Below, in pieces: positions 10,592 through 21,335 of a DNA stretch of 64,000 bases. A program made the translations under genes and the position numbers. Source of the stretch: Gammaproteobacteria bacterium (lineage in GTDB: Bacteria > Pseudomonadota > Gammaproteobacteria > JBCCGL01); assembly GCA_965277715.1 (NCBI GenBank), contig OZ255836.1, forward strand, positions 224,001 through 288,000. The letters run 5' to 3'. The notes beneath the pieces are model-generated. The model saw nothing but the letters and a program-made list of their open reading frames with translations, was not told the DNA's origin and ran no database searches. Position 1 is the first letter of the stretch. Each line of letters opens with the position of its first letter.

Positions 10592-13384
10592 TTGAACGCA
10601 GTTGAAATAGAAGAGGCGATAACCAATTTATCCGAGCAAAATTTTGACCCGGAGGCTTTTCCTTACGCTTTTTTAGAGGCATTTGGCAATAAAGCCACCA
10701 CAATAAAACGGCTTAAAACTGGCTCCTCGAATGCGTCAGATATTAAGGGTGGCGTTTTACAGCGGAATAATATCCACCTTTCGGTCTGTCCCGAAGGTTG
10801 TGTAACGGAGACCTTGAGTAAACTCAAAGCCAGTTCTGAAACCAGCAAGAAAAAAGTTAAATTTGTGCTGGCAACTGACGGCATTGATCTGGAAGCGGAA
10901 GATCTCATATCGGGTGAAACGGTTGCGTGTGCCTACAAAAATTTTCCCGATCACTTCGGTTTTTTCTTGCCATTGGCGGGTATCACCACCGTTAAGCAAA
11001 TCCGCAATAACCCAATTGATATTCAGGCAACCAGCCGCTTAAACCGCCTCTATATTGAATTGTTGAGTACTAACGAGGAGTGGGCTACCAACGAACGTCG
11101 TCACGATATGAACCAGTTGATGACGCGCCTGATATTCTGCTTTTTTGCGGAAGACACTGATATCTTTCTCGGCGACAATCTGTTTACCGCAACCATTGAG
11201 CAGATGACGGACAGTCGTTCTGGCAACACGGGTTTTGTATTGGGTGAAATCTTTCGAGCTATGGATACACATCCCGATAAGCGGGCGGAAGCCAATTTGC
11301 CACGATGGGCTGATGCGTTTCCGTATGTAAACGGCGGGCTTTTTTCTGGCTGTAAAGAGGCGCCCAAATTCAGCCGGATTGCGCGCTCATACTTGCTACA
11401 TGCTGGTAGCCTGAATTGGAAAGAGATTAACCCCGATATTTTCGGCTCAATGATTCAGGCGATTGCCGACGAAGACGAACGCGGCGAACTGGGTATGCAC
11501 TACACCAGCGTGCCCAATATTCTTAAGGTGCTTAATCCTTTGTTTTTGGATGATCTGCGTGAGCAGTTAAAGCTGGCGGGGGATAGCGCCCGTAAGCTGC
11601 TCAATTTACGCAAACGCCTTTCCAATATTCGCGTGTTTGACCCGGCTTGTGGTTCGGGCAACTTTTTAGTGATTGCCTATAAAGAAATGCGCGCTATTGA
11701 AAACGAGATTAATCAAAGGCGAAAGGATGGCCATCAAAAAACAGCGATTCCGTTAACGAATTTTCGCGGCATAGAGCTTAGAGACTTTCCGGCCGAAATA
11801 GCCCGATTGGCATTGATTATCGCCGAATACCAGTGTGACGTGCGCTACCTTGGCCAAAAAGATGCCTTAGCCGAATTTCTGCCACTGAATGCTGTGAACT
11901 GGATTACTTGTGGCAATGCTTTGCGCCTGGATTGGCTGTCTATTTGTCCGCCAACAGGGAAAGCGGTGAAGCTGATGGCAGAGGATTTGTTGGAAATGCC
12001 GCTGGATCAAGTCGATATTGATTTTAAAAATGAAGGAGGGGAAACTTATATTTGTGGTAATCCTCCTTATCTAGGCAGTACTTGGCAGTCTAAGGAACAA
12101 AAAGCTGACTTGGAAAAGATATTTGGACATCGTACTAAAAGTTGGAAGTCGCTGGACTATGTTGCGGGCTGGTTTATGAAAGCCGCTGACTACGGAAAAT
12201 ATACCAACTCAGTTAGTGCTTTTGTTAGCACTAACTCTATTTGCCAAGGGCAGCAAGTTCCTATTCTCTGGCCATTAATTTTTAAAACAGATCATGAAAT
12301 CAGCTTTGCATATACATCTTTTAAATGGGCAAATCTTGCTAACCATAATGCAGGAGTAACTGTAGTGATTGTTGGCATTGCAAATCAGGCTAACAAGGTA
12401 CGGCGTTTATTTTCTACAGATGAAAATGGTCAGACTATTGAAAAGAAAGCAGGCAACATTAATGCTTATTTAGTCGTAGGGGCTAATGTCGAAGTAATAA
12501 AATTAGCTAGCCCCATAAGTATAGTAGGCACAATGGATCGAGGTAATGGCGCTACAGATGGCGGGAATTTGCTTTTAGATAAAATGTCTCTTCATGCTAT
12601 GAATTTAACTCTAAAACGACAAAATAATTTTATACGTCCGTTTTATGGTTCTGCTGAGTATATAAGAGGTCTACAACGATTTTGTCTATGGATTAGCGAT
12701 GAAGATGCTGAAGAATCCAAGAAAATAGAACCTATCAATGAACGAATAGCAGCAGTTAAAACAATGAGACTCGCGAGCAAAAAAGAAGCGACTCGTAAAG
12801 GCGCAGTTTATCCTCATCGTTTTGATGAAAAAAGGCAGATAGGAGATGAAACAGTTTTAATAATACCTCGTGTGTCATCTGAAACCAGAGAGTACCTTCC
12901 GGTTGGATTTTTACCCCCCGAATCAATTGTTAGCGATAGTGCCTTTGCCCTATATGATTCGCCACTTTGGAATATGGCTCTAATTGCATCAAAACTTCAT
13001 ATAGTTTGGATTGCGACGGTATGCGGCAAGTTAAAAACAGATTATCGTTATTCAAATACTATGGGCTGGAATACTTTTCCAGTCCCCAAACTAACTGAAA
13101 AAAATAAAAAAGACCTAACTCGCTGCGCAGAGGATATTCTCCTTACACGTGAAGCACACTTCCCCGCCACCATTGCCGATCTTTACGATCCAAAAAACAT
13201 GCCCGCAGACCTACGACATGCACACGACCGTAATGACGAAGTGCTGGAACGCATATATATCGGGCGACGATTTAAAAACGACACCGAACGCCTTGAAAAA
13301 CTCTTTGATCTTTACGCCAAGATGACGGCCACCACACATACAACAGTGAATAAAACCCGTAAAACCAACAAGAAGGTATCCTGA
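10592..13384 (+). CDS. MmeI-type (type IIL-like) N6-adenine DNA methyltransferase, YeeA/DnmA-like
   Basis: GMHYTS, FDPACGSGNF (motif I), GNPPY (motif IV), C-terminal YRYSNTMGWNTFP..LYDP..AH..ND..E of the MmeI family. Confidence 0.92.
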   Translation: MNAVEIEEAITNLSEQNFDPEAFPYAFLEAFGNKATTIKRLKTGSSNASDIKGGVLQRNNIHLSVCPEGCVTETLSKLKASSETSKKKVKFVLATDGIDLEAEDLISGETVACAYKNFPDHFGFFLPLAGITTVKQIRNNPIDIQATSRLNRLYIELLSTNEEWATNERRHDMNQLMTRLIFCFFAEDTDIFLGDNLFTATIEQMTDSRSGNTGFVLGEIFRAMDTHPDKRAEANLPRWADAFPYVNGGLFSGCKEAPKFSRIARSYLLHAGSLNWKEINPDIFGSMIQAIADEDERGELGMHYTSVPNILKVLNPLFLDDLREQLKLAGDSARKLLNLRKRLSNIRVFDPACGSGNFLVIAYKEMRAIENEINQRRKDGHQKTAIPLTNFRGIELRDFPAEIARLALIIAEYQCDVRYLGQKDALAEFLPLNAVNWITCGNALRLDWLSICPPTGKAVKLMAEDLLEMPLDQVDIDFKNEGGETYICGNPPYLGSTWQSKEQKADLEKIFGHRTKSWKSLDYVAGWFMKAADYGKYTNSVSAFVSTNSICQGQQVPILWPLIFKTDHEISFAYTSFKWANLANHNAGVTVVIVGIANQANKVRRLFSTDENGQTIEKKAGNINAYLVVGANVEVIKLASPISIVGTMDRGNGATDGGNLLLDKMSLHAMNLTLKRQNNFIRPFYGSAEYIRGLQRFCLWISDEDAEESKKIEPINERIAAVKTMRLASKKEATRKGAVYPHRFDEKRQIGDETVLIIPRVSSETREYLPVGFLPPESIVSDSAFALYDSPLWNMALIASKLHIVWIATVCGKLKTDYRYSNTMGWNTFPVPKLTEKNKKDLTRCAEDILLTREAHFPATIADLYDPKNMPADLRHAHDRNDEVLERIYIGRRFKNDTERLEKLFDLYAKMTATTHTTVNKTRKTNKKVS

Positions 13385-15435
13385 TGACGGCGCATAAAGC
13401 TATCCCCTCAGTTTCCGTTAAATACGCCTGCAACGGCAGCTCAAAAAAATCTAATGAGCTGGGTATGCGCGTTATGCAGGAGCGCGCCTTTGAAAAGCGC
13501 GGCGAACAATACTTACTGATTAAATCGCCGCCTGCATCGGGTAAAAGTCGCGCTTTAATGTTTATCGCGCTGGATAAACTGCACCATCAAAATTTAACAA
13601 AAGCCATTATCGTAGTACCTGAAAAATCCATTGGCTCCAGTTTTAATAATGAGCCATTAACTGAAAACGGATTCTATTGGGATTGGGCGGTTGTACCAAA
13701 ATGGAACTTATGCAACGCCCCCGGCGAAGAGGGTGGCAAGGTTAATACTGTAAAAAACTTTCTTGATAGTGATGACCGCATTCTGGTTTGCACCCATGCT
13801 ACCTTTCGCTTTGCCGTAGATCGCTATGGTGTCGGTGTATTTGATAATTGCCTGGTTGCTATTGATGAATTTCACCACGTTAGCGCTAACCCCGATAACA
13901 AACTGGGTGCCCAACTCGGTCAGTTTTTGGTGCGCGATAAAGCGCATATTGTGGCAATGACGGGTTCTTATTTTAGAGGGGACGCCGAGGCCGTCCTTGC
14001 CCCGCACGATGAGGCGAGTTTTGATACCGTCACTTATACCTACTATGAGCAATTAAATGGCTACGAGTACCTTAAAACGCTGGATATCGGTTATTACTTT
14101 TATTCCGGCAACTATACAGATGAAATTCTGAGTGTTCTTAACCCCCATGAAAAAACGATTATTCATATTCCCAATGTAAACTCACGGGAAAGTAGTAAAG
14201 ACAAGATTAAAGAAGTCGAACATATTATCGAAGAACTAGGTAGCTGGAATGGCATCGATGCCGATACGGGGTTTCACTTGGTCAAAACCAGTGCAGGCAA
14301 ATTAATCAAAATAGCGGATTTAGTGGATGACGACCCCGCTAAACGCGATAAGGTTTCGGCGGCTTTAAAACGCCCCGAGGCAAAAAATGATCGCGGCCAT
14401 GTCGATATTATTATCGCCCTTGGCATGGCCAAAGAAGGCTTTGACTGGATTTGGTGTGAGCACGCCTTGACGATTGGCTATCGTTCCAGTCTCACCGAGA
14501 TCATTCAGATTATTGGCCGTGCCACCCGCGACGCCGAGGGAAAGACACACGCACGCTTTACCAATCTTATAGCAGAACCGGACGCCGCAGAAGAAGCGGT
14601 GACCGATGCCGTGAATGACACATTAAAGGCGATAGCAGCCAGCTTATTGATGGAGCAGGTGCTGGCACCCAAATTCAACTTTACACCCAAGGATAACCAG
14701 AACGGCCCTATGGCGGGTTATGGCTACGGTGATAATGGTTATAACCCTGATGGCAGCAATGTTGGCTTTAATGAGCCAACTGGTCAGCTCCAGATGGAAA
14801 TAAAAGGCCTCGCTGAGCCAAAGAGCGAAGATGCGCGGCGCATCTGTCAGGAAGACTTAAATGAAGTGATTACCGCCTTTGTTCAGGATAAGACTTCGCT
14901 TGAACGCGGCCTGTTCGATGAGGAAATGATTCCTGAAGAATTAACGCAGGTTCGGATGGGTAAAATTGTAAAAGATAAATACCCGGAACTGGACGAGGAA
15001 GATTGTGAAGCGGTCAGACAGCACGCTATTGCCGCACTTAACCTGACTCAGAAAGCGAAAGAAATGGTTAACCAAAGCGATCAGACAGAGCAAGGAAGCA
15101 GTACCGCTTTTATCGATGGTGTCAGAAAGTTTGCGATGAATGTACGCGACCTTGATATTGACCTGATTGATCGTATTAATCCATTTAAACAGGCATACGC
15201 GATTCTCGCCAAATCCATGAGTGAAGAAAGCCTCAAACAAGTGGCTATGGTCATCAACGCGAAAAAGCTATCACTCACTGAGGATGAGGCCAGAGAGCTA
15301 ACTTCGCGTGCGATCAAATTTAAGAAAGAGTGCGGACGCCTGCCCGAATTGACCTCTCCTGATCCTTGGGAGAAACGCATGGCTGAAGGTATCGCTTTCC
15401 TTCAGCGTAAAGTCGCGGAGGAAAGCAATGACTGA
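13384..15435 (+). CDS. SF2 DEAD/DEAH helicase, YeeB-like
   Basis: Walker A SPPASGKS, DEFHH, MTGS, EGFD, QIIGRATR; start overlaps the upstream stop. Confidence 0.9.
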   Translation: MTAHKAIPSVSVKYACNGSSKKSNELGMRVMQERAFEKRGEQYLLIKSPPASGKSRALMFIALDKLHHQNLTKAIIVVPEKSIGSSFNNEPLTENGFYWDWAVVPKWNLCNAPGEEGGKVNTVKNFLDSDDRILVCTHATFRFAVDRYGVGVFDNCLVAIDEFHHVSANPDNKLGAQLGQFLVRDKAHIVAMTGSYFRGDAEAVLAPHDEASFDTVTYTYYEQLNGYEYLKTLDIGYYFYSGNYTDEILSVLNPHEKTIIHIPNVNSRESSKDKIKEVEHIIEELGSWNGIDADTGFHLVKTSAGKLIKIADLVDDDPAKRDKVSAALKRPEAKNDRGHVDIIIALGMAKEGFDWIWCEHALTIGYRSSLTEIIQIIGRATRDAEGKTHARFTNLIAEPDAAEEAVTDAVNDTLKAIAASLLMEQVLAPKFNFTPKDNQNGPMAGYGYGDNGYNPDGSNVGFNEPTGQLQMEIKGLAEPKSEDARRICQEDLNEVITAFVQDKTSLERGLFDEEMIPEELTQVRMGKIVKDKYPELDEEDCEAVRQHAIAALNLTQKAKEMVNQSDQTEQGSSTAFIDGVRKFAMNVRDLDIDLIDRINPFKQAYAILAKSMSEESLKQVAMVINAKKLSLTEDEARELTSRAIKFKKECGRLPELTSPDPWEKRMAEGIAFLQRKVAEESND

Positions 15436-16615
15436 GAAGTCAAACAAAGCATTGCTTGAGGAATTGGGCGTTGGTTCAGTTCCTACCAAAAAGAAGACCC
15501 GTTCACCACGCGAAGAACGCGTTATAGCAGGGTTTGAGGAAATCCAACGTTTTATCGAAGAGCACGGCCGTCTCCCGATGCACGGTGAAGATAAGGATAT
15601 ATTTGAACGGTTGTATGCCATGCGTCTGGATAAAATCCTTTCGCAAGAAGAGTATAGAAGCCTTGTTGCGGATATTGATAAGCAAGGGCTACTGAAAGAT
15701 TGGTCACGCATAGCAGAGCCGCAAGCAGAATATCGTAGTGACAAAGAGCTACTTACCGAGCTTGGTATTAATGCGCCAAAAGAAGGTGAAATTACGTTTT
15801 TAAAACATGTTAAACCGCGTGTGGAAGTAAGAGCAGCGGAGGAAATAGGCAGTAGAATACCGTGCGAGAATTTTGACGGTTTTAAACCCATTTTTGATGC
15901 TGTTCAAGAAGAGTTGAAAAGTGGTGTACGCATAACACGCCCCTTTAGAGATAATGCCGAAATCCGACAGGGAGATCTTTTTATATTATCCGGGCAGAAG
16001 GCCTATGTGGCTGAGGTAGGTGAAGAATTTGTTACCGAGTACGACCGCAAAGACAGCCGCCTGCGCGTTATTTACGACAATGGAACCGAAAGCGATATTT
16101 TATTACGCTCTTTGCAAAGAGCACTTAATAAGGACAAAGCGGGACGAAGAATAACCGATAAATCACTTGGCCCACTATTCTCAGGTGACGCTGCTAATGA
16201 AGATTTGGCGAGTGGTACAGTCTATGTTTTACGAAGTAAATCGGAACACCCAACAATACGGGAAAACAGAGCGATTATTCATAAACTGGGGGTTACGGGT
16301 GGAAGCGTGGAAAAGCGCATTGCCAATGCAAAACTGGATCCAACGTATTTAATGGCTGAGGTCGAAGTCGTGGCAACTTACGAACTTTACAATATCAATC
16401 GAACTAAGCTTGAGCATATCTTTCACCGATTCTTTGAACAGGCCAAACTTGATATAAAAATCCATGACCGTTTTGGCACCCTGGTAACACCAAGAGAGTG
16501 GTTTTTGGTTCCTTTGTTTGTTGTCGATGAAGTCGTTGAAAAGATTAAGGACGGCACTATCGGTCAATACTCTTATGCCATGGAGTCAGCCAAGCTGATT
16601 TTGAATCAACACTAA
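15428..16615 (+). CDS. GIY-YIG/T5orf172 nuclease, YeeC-like
   Basis: GTVYVLRS..HKLGVT..VEKRI..LEHIFHRFF..PREWF. Confidence 0.88.
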   Translation: MTEKSNKALLEELGVGSVPTKKKTRSPREERVIAGFEEIQRFIEEHGRLPMHGEDKDIFERLYAMRLDKILSQEEYRSLVADIDKQGLLKDWSRIAEPQAEYRSDKELLTELGINAPKEGEITFLKHVKPRVEVRAAEEIGSRIPCENFDGFKPIFDAVQEELKSGVRITRPFRDNAEIRQGDLFILSGQKAYVAEVGEEFVTEYDRKDSRLRVIYDNGTESDILLRSLQRALNKDKAGRRITDKSLGPLFSGDAANEDLASGTVYVLRSKSEHPTIRENRAIIHKLGVTGGSVEKRIANAKLDPTYLMAEVEVVATYELYNINRTKLEHIFHRFFEQAKLDIKIHDRFGTLVTPREWFLVPLFVVDEVVEKIKDGTIGQYSYAMESAKLILNQH

Positions 16616-16713
16616 GTTAGAGGGCAGACACTACCTGCTATAAAACCGTCCAGTTGCTTGCCTTGTTGGGCTGGGCTACATTGCGTAATAATATTAGTTA
16701 TAACTTATTTGCA

Positions 16714-16764
16714 GGCCAAATCGGCTTTCCGGCAGTAGAGCCGCCCTGAATCTGACAGGCTTCT
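16714..16764 (-). repeat. isolated end of the MITE family found complete at 20878-21058
   Basis: Reverse complement AGAAGCCTGTCAGATTCAGGGCGGCTCTACTGCCGGAAAGCCGATTTGGCC closely matches 20878-20928. Confidence 0.7.
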
Positions 16765-16766
16765 AA

Positions 16767-17765
16767 TTACAATTGCGCTATCTTTTTCAGCAGCTCTGCG
16801 TTTATCGCCCGCGTCGCTGTCGATAAACGATTATTATGACGACGAGCACCCGGCAGGCGAGCGCCATCGAGTGATTCAAATTGTTCAAAAAAGGCTTCGC
16901 AGTGTTGTTGCCAACCCTCTCCCGCAATAATTTCAGGCGATAGAGCAAACATAAAGTGCCCGCCTCGCGGTGGCCCGCCGTCTTTATTGTCGGCTTCATT
17001 GGCCTCAAAGCTGAAGCGCTCACCCATTGCCCCGGCCGCCAATAGTTCGACCATCATTGCAATTGCTGAGCCTTTGTGACCACCAAACGGCAGTAAGACG
17101 CCCTCGATAATTTTAGCGGGATCGCTGGTGTCATTGCCATTGGCATCCAGCCCGGTGCCCAGCGGGACACTGTGCCCATCCCTCGCCGCCACCATGACCT
17201 CACCCATCGACATAGCGGCAGTGGCCATATCAAAAACAAACGGTGACTTTCCAGACCTGGGCCATGCAAATGCAATCGGGTTGGTGCCAAACAATGGCTC
17301 CGCTGCACCAAACGGCGCCACAGCAGGCATGTAACAAACGCAGGCGAAGCCAACCAATCCGTGCCCTGCCAAAGCTTCTACTTCGGGCCACAGGGCTGCA
17401 AAATGGTGGGTATGCGTTGTCGTCATTACGGCTATCCCCAGTTTTTTGGCCGACTCAACGAGTAGCGGAATCCCCCGCTCCAGGGCGAGCGGCGCGTAGC
17501 CGTTATCCCCGTGGACGCTGATAATCGCCGGTGTTTTGTTCGACGTTCGAGGCGCAGCCGCACCATTTACCTTGCCGCTCCGCAGTGATGCCACATACCC
17601 GGGAATGCGAAAAAGGCCATGCGAGACTGAGCCATCGCGCTCGGCCGAGACAATCGTGCGCGTCAAGGCGTCAATATTGGCTTGATCGCAACCATTGCGG
17701 GAAAAAACCGCACGACAAACTGCTTCGATTTCATCCAGAGACATTTCTACGGTATTCATAAACAC
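16767..17765 (-). CDS. Ldh_2 family oxidoreductase (DpkA/ComC-like)
   Basis: DGSVSHGLFRIPGY, HHFAALWPE, FGTNPIAF, FDMAT, LPFGGHKGS. Confidence 0.9.
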   Translation of the reverse strand: MFMNTVEMSLDEIEAVCRAVFSRNGCDQANIDALTRTIVSAERDGSVSHGLFRIPGYVASLRSGKVNGAAAPRTSNKTPAIISVHGDNGYAPLALERGIPLLVESAKKLGIAVMTTTHTHHFAALWPEVEALAGHGLVGFACVCYMPAVAPFGAAEPLFGTNPIAFAWPRSGKSPFVFDMATAAMSMGEVMVAARDGHSVPLGTGLDANGNDTSDPAKIIEGVLLPFGGHKGSAIAMMVELLAAGAMGERFSFEANEADNKDGGPPRGGHFMFALSPEIIAGEGWQQHCEAFFEQFESLDGARLPGARRHNNRLSTATRAINAELLKKIAQL

Positions 17766-18577
17766 ACCACCCCATAACGAAAATTAAAATGATTATTCAC
17801 TGCTATGCCATCTGCCTGGAATATATTGCCTTACTTGGATGGGTAATACACCACGACATCGCCGTCGGTGGTAATGCCGAAACTGTTTAGCTGGCGGTTG
17901 ACGTAATTAAGAAAGAGGAAAGGGCAGGCATTATATACCAGGAGTTCAATCAAAAATTAAACCCGTAGCCCATATATAAATTCAACTGTAAGTTCAACCA
18001 GGCGTTCATGCCTGTCCCAGGAACTCCAGGGGCTATGTTCCACTGGATAGCAATGCACCCAGTCTGTTAGCTTGGGGTATTCTATTTTTTAAACTTGAAC
18101 TATCAATTGTAGTGCAGTTGTCCTGATACCAGGAGCGTAATGAAATTCACGTCCCAGAAACTTTGTTGGTAGCGTTTCATTACCAATTGCATATTGTTGT
18201 TAACATTAAATCCATGTGCATGTTTGACACTTGATAACTTTGCACCGGTATTGGTTTTTTCTGCCAGCTTGGAAACGCGAGTGGGTTCAGGAAGGTCGAG
18301 ATACAAACCAATAGCCTGGCTGTTTCCTCGCAGCGGAGAAACACCGCGAATATAACGCGCTGCATCAATCCAGGTAAAATTGATAACAGCTTCATTAAAA
18401 GGGTTTTAGTTTTTCCAAAAATGCCTAATTAAAATCATCAATAAGAAGTGTAGTTCACCAAAGAAGATATTTCTGAGAATAGAGCGTAATCTTTGGTGAT
18501 ATTTTTCACGATAGTATTAAAGCATTAGCAAATGTAATGCCAGGGAAATATATTTTTTATCAGAATCGAATGGTGAA

Positions 18578-18631
18578 ATAACTTAAATCGGTCTTTCCCT
18601 CGCTACGAGTGTCTAAACCCGACAGGCTCCT
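18578..18631 (+). repeat. isolated right end of the same MITE family
   Basis: AAATCGGTCTTTCCCTCGCTACGAG...CCCGACAGGCTC nearly identical to 21010-21056. Confidence 0.7.
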
Positions 18632-18696
18632 GGTTTTTTTGGCGGTCAATGCAATTAAAATAAAACCGCTGCCCTCTCCCCTACCAGCACCCGTTC

Positions 18697-18990
18697 TCAC
18701 AGGGGTGTCCAATAAATCCACTTATGCTCCCCGGCATTGGTAAATACCTGATTTTCCGGTAATTGCGCCGCCAACTGCCCGGCGGGCGCGGCTATCCTGT
18801 CCTGTTTTCCATAAGCCAGAATAATAGGGTGTTTATATTTGCCGGGGGTGAGAAATGCATCAATCCAAAACCACGGTTGTTGATCGATATCCGGCTTGCC
18901 ATCAAATGTTTCAACCCAGCCGCGAATCCCCCCGTGGTGGCGAATTTCCTCTATTGCATCGGCGTCTCCCAGATACGGGGCAAACAGCAC
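18697..18990 (-). pseudogene. alpha/beta hydrolase C-terminal fragment
   Basis: APYLG..ILAYGKQDR..GEHKWIYW (acid/His region); nucleophile half missing. Confidence 0.55.
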
Positions 18991-19293
18991 TACGGTATCG
19001 ATATATTCAGATAACTGGTAGGTGGCCCATGTCTCGTTTCTGGGGGTGTGTCGCTTTACGCTAAATTAATCAGGCGGTTGAGGCAGTCGAGATAAACTAC
19101 GTGCTCAACTGTGTGTTTTTACGATAGCATATATTATATGCTCTATAACGATACGGCGGGTCAGGCAAGTACATGGGCAAGCACATGGGCAAGCACGTGA
19201 AACACGTATTGTTTTTTTCGTGAATTGCTGCTGTTGTATTTCTATATCTGTTCAGATATAGCGTACTCCATCGTTTTTATTAGGGTTTCTATA

Positions 19294-20487
19294 ATGAATA
19301 TTAATCAGTTAATTGCAGGTTGTAAGCCCGGCTTTGCTCTCCCTGCCGCGTTTTATAATGCAGATGAAATATACCGGCGCGATGTCGAGCAGATTGTGAT
19401 GCGTAGCTGGATTTATGCCTGCCATCAAAGCGAGCTGGCGGAGGTGGGCAGTTTCAGGTTGTTGGAATTGGCGGGCGAGTCGGTAGTGGTTGTCAAGACG
19501 GCGACGGGGGAGATCAAAGCGCACTTTAATGTGTGTCGGCATCGCGGTTCACGGGTGTGCCTGGCAGAGTCCGGGCGGGCGCAGAATCTGGTGTGTCCCT
19601 ATCACGGTTGGGCTTATGATTTACACGGGAAGTTACTCAATAGTCGTGAGATGCCTGCCGGGTTTGATAAGTCTGCATATGGTTTAAAACCTGCCAGTGT
19701 GTCGGTTGTTCACGGGATGGTGTTTGTCAATTTCGATGCGGATGCCGCGCCATTTTTGCCGTTTACAACGCCATTAAATAAAGCCCTGGATATTTATGAT
19801 TTGGCCAATGCACAGGTTGCCTATCAGGAAACCTGGAATGTGCAGGCGAACTGGAAGCTGGCGGTGGAGAATTTTATGGAGTGTTATCACTGCGCGCCCG
19901 CACACCCGGAGTATGCGCGGGCGCACAGCCTTAAGTTGCCCTCGCGTTTGAGTGAGAAGTTGCTGGGGCCGATGTATGAGAGGTGCGAGTCACTGGGCAT
20001 TTATTCTGAGACGATCGATGGGGAAGGTGGGGAGTCGGGTACTTGGCTTAATAGTATTTTTTATGGGCGCCATCCGTTGTTTGATGGTTATGTTACCGGG
20101 AGTGAGGACGGTAAACCGCTGGCACCATTGCTCGGTAATATGCCGGATTACGATGGTGCGGCGGCCGATATACAAATGGGATTGATGTGTTACGGTCTGG
20201 TGTATCCCGATCATGCGGTGATCTATAGTTTTTTACCGATGGGCAAGCATTCGACTGATATGAAAATAATCTGGTTGGTGCGTGGTGATGCCGTTGAGGG
20301 TGTCGATTATCAGCGGGATCAGTTGACTTGGCTGTGGCGAGTGACGACGGAGGCGGATAAGACGATTATTTTGAATAATCAGTTGGGGGTTAATTCGCGG
20401 GTTTATGAACCTGGACCGTATGCGGAGATGGAGGCGTTTACGCAGCTTTTTGTTACCTGGTATTTGAGTGTGATTGGGGAGGAGTGA
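19294..20487 (+). CDS. Rieske non-heme iron oxygenase alpha subunit (betaine demethylase/choline monooxygenase-like)
   Basis: CRHRG..CPYHGW Rieske motif, ENFMECYHCAPAHPE iron site, QLGVNS..PGPY. Confidence 0.9.
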   Translation: MNINQLIAGCKPGFALPAAFYNADEIYRRDVEQIVMRSWIYACHQSELAEVGSFRLLELAGESVVVVKTATGEIKAHFNVCRHRGSRVCLAESGRAQNLVCPYHGWAYDLHGKLLNSREMPAGFDKSAYGLKPASVSVVHGMVFVNFDADAAPFLPFTTPLNKALDIYDLANAQVAYQETWNVQANWKLAVENFMECYHCAPAHPEYARAHSLKLPSRLSEKLLGPMYERCESLGIYSETIDGEGGESGTWLNSIFYGRHPLFDGYVTGSEDGKPLAPLLGNMPDYDGAAADIQMGLMCYGLVYPDHAVIYSFLPMGKHSTDMKIIWLVRGDAVEGVDYQRDQLTWLWRVTTEADKTIILNNQLGVNSRVYEPGPYAEMEAFTQLFVTWYLSVIGEE

Positions 20488-20585
20488 ATGTGGGTGAATC
20501 TATCCATGTATGGCTTTTTAAGTAGTGTAGGGTGCTGTGTGGGCCATTTGTGAGGCTTTGCTTAACCAGGCTCAGGTTCGATTGA

Positions 20586-20633
20586 CTAGGCCCCATGTAT
20601 TGACTTATGTGTAAGTTAATACATGGGGTCTAG
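20586..20633. repeat. 48-bp hairpin with GGGGTCTAG arm (REP-like)
   Basis: CTAGGCCCCATGTATTGACTTA-tgtg-TAAGTTAATACATGGGGTCTAG. Confidence 0.75.
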
Positions 20634-20877
20634 CCTGGATTTCTTTCTAACCGCAGATGAGTGCGGCACAGGCGGTGAGAATATCTTGCTAATTAATACG
20701 GTAGTACGCCAACTGTTTCTGTGTAAAGTAGGCTGGTGTTAATTGCTGATGGCGACAGGCAGTGATAAGAGCGATAGTGCCACCAGGTAAACCAGTGGTC
20801 TGGTTTGTCGTATCAGGGCATTACAGCACGGTGAAAAAAGTGCGTGGTGTGACCTCTCTTTAATCCTCTGGTGTACC

Positions 20878-21058
20878 AGGAGTATGTCGGATTCAGGACT
20901 GCTCTACTGCGGAAAAGCCGATTTGGCCCTTTTTTGTGCACCTATTTTTTGCGTACCATCCTGTCATATAGAACCACTATGTTCCTCAATAGTGCGTAAA
21001 AAATGACTCAAATCGGTCTTTCCCCCGCTACGAGCACCTCAACCCGACAGGCTCTTAG
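20878..21058. mobile_element. ~180 bp non-coding MITE with ~50 bp imperfect terminal inverted repeats
   Basis: Left AGGAGTATGTCGGATTCAGG..GCCGATTTG, right AAATCGGTC..CCCGACAGGCTCTT; ends recur at 16714 and 18578. Confidence 0.6.
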
Positions 21059-21335
21059 CTCAATATATAAAAACATAGAGTATTGGGTAATAGTTGAAAT
21101 ATTGAAATCATCAACTACGCTTAGTGAAAATAAAATAAATTCCCAGTGGTTTTAGCCTGATCATATCTTTAATCATATTTAGAGAATGTGTTCTTTTGGT
21201 GTGTCTTCTTATCGGGTGCGCCATATAGCGCTATGAAGCTGTTAAAGGGAGGATCCTTTTTATAAGGAGGCATCAAATCAGTTCTCTGGAAATATTAACT
21301 AATAGAAAAAATAACTGTATCAAGAGGAAAATTCG

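Noticed and set aside
17790-18420. Short minus-strand ORFs, possible decayed gene
   Set aside because: Fragmented and not assignable to any family by eye
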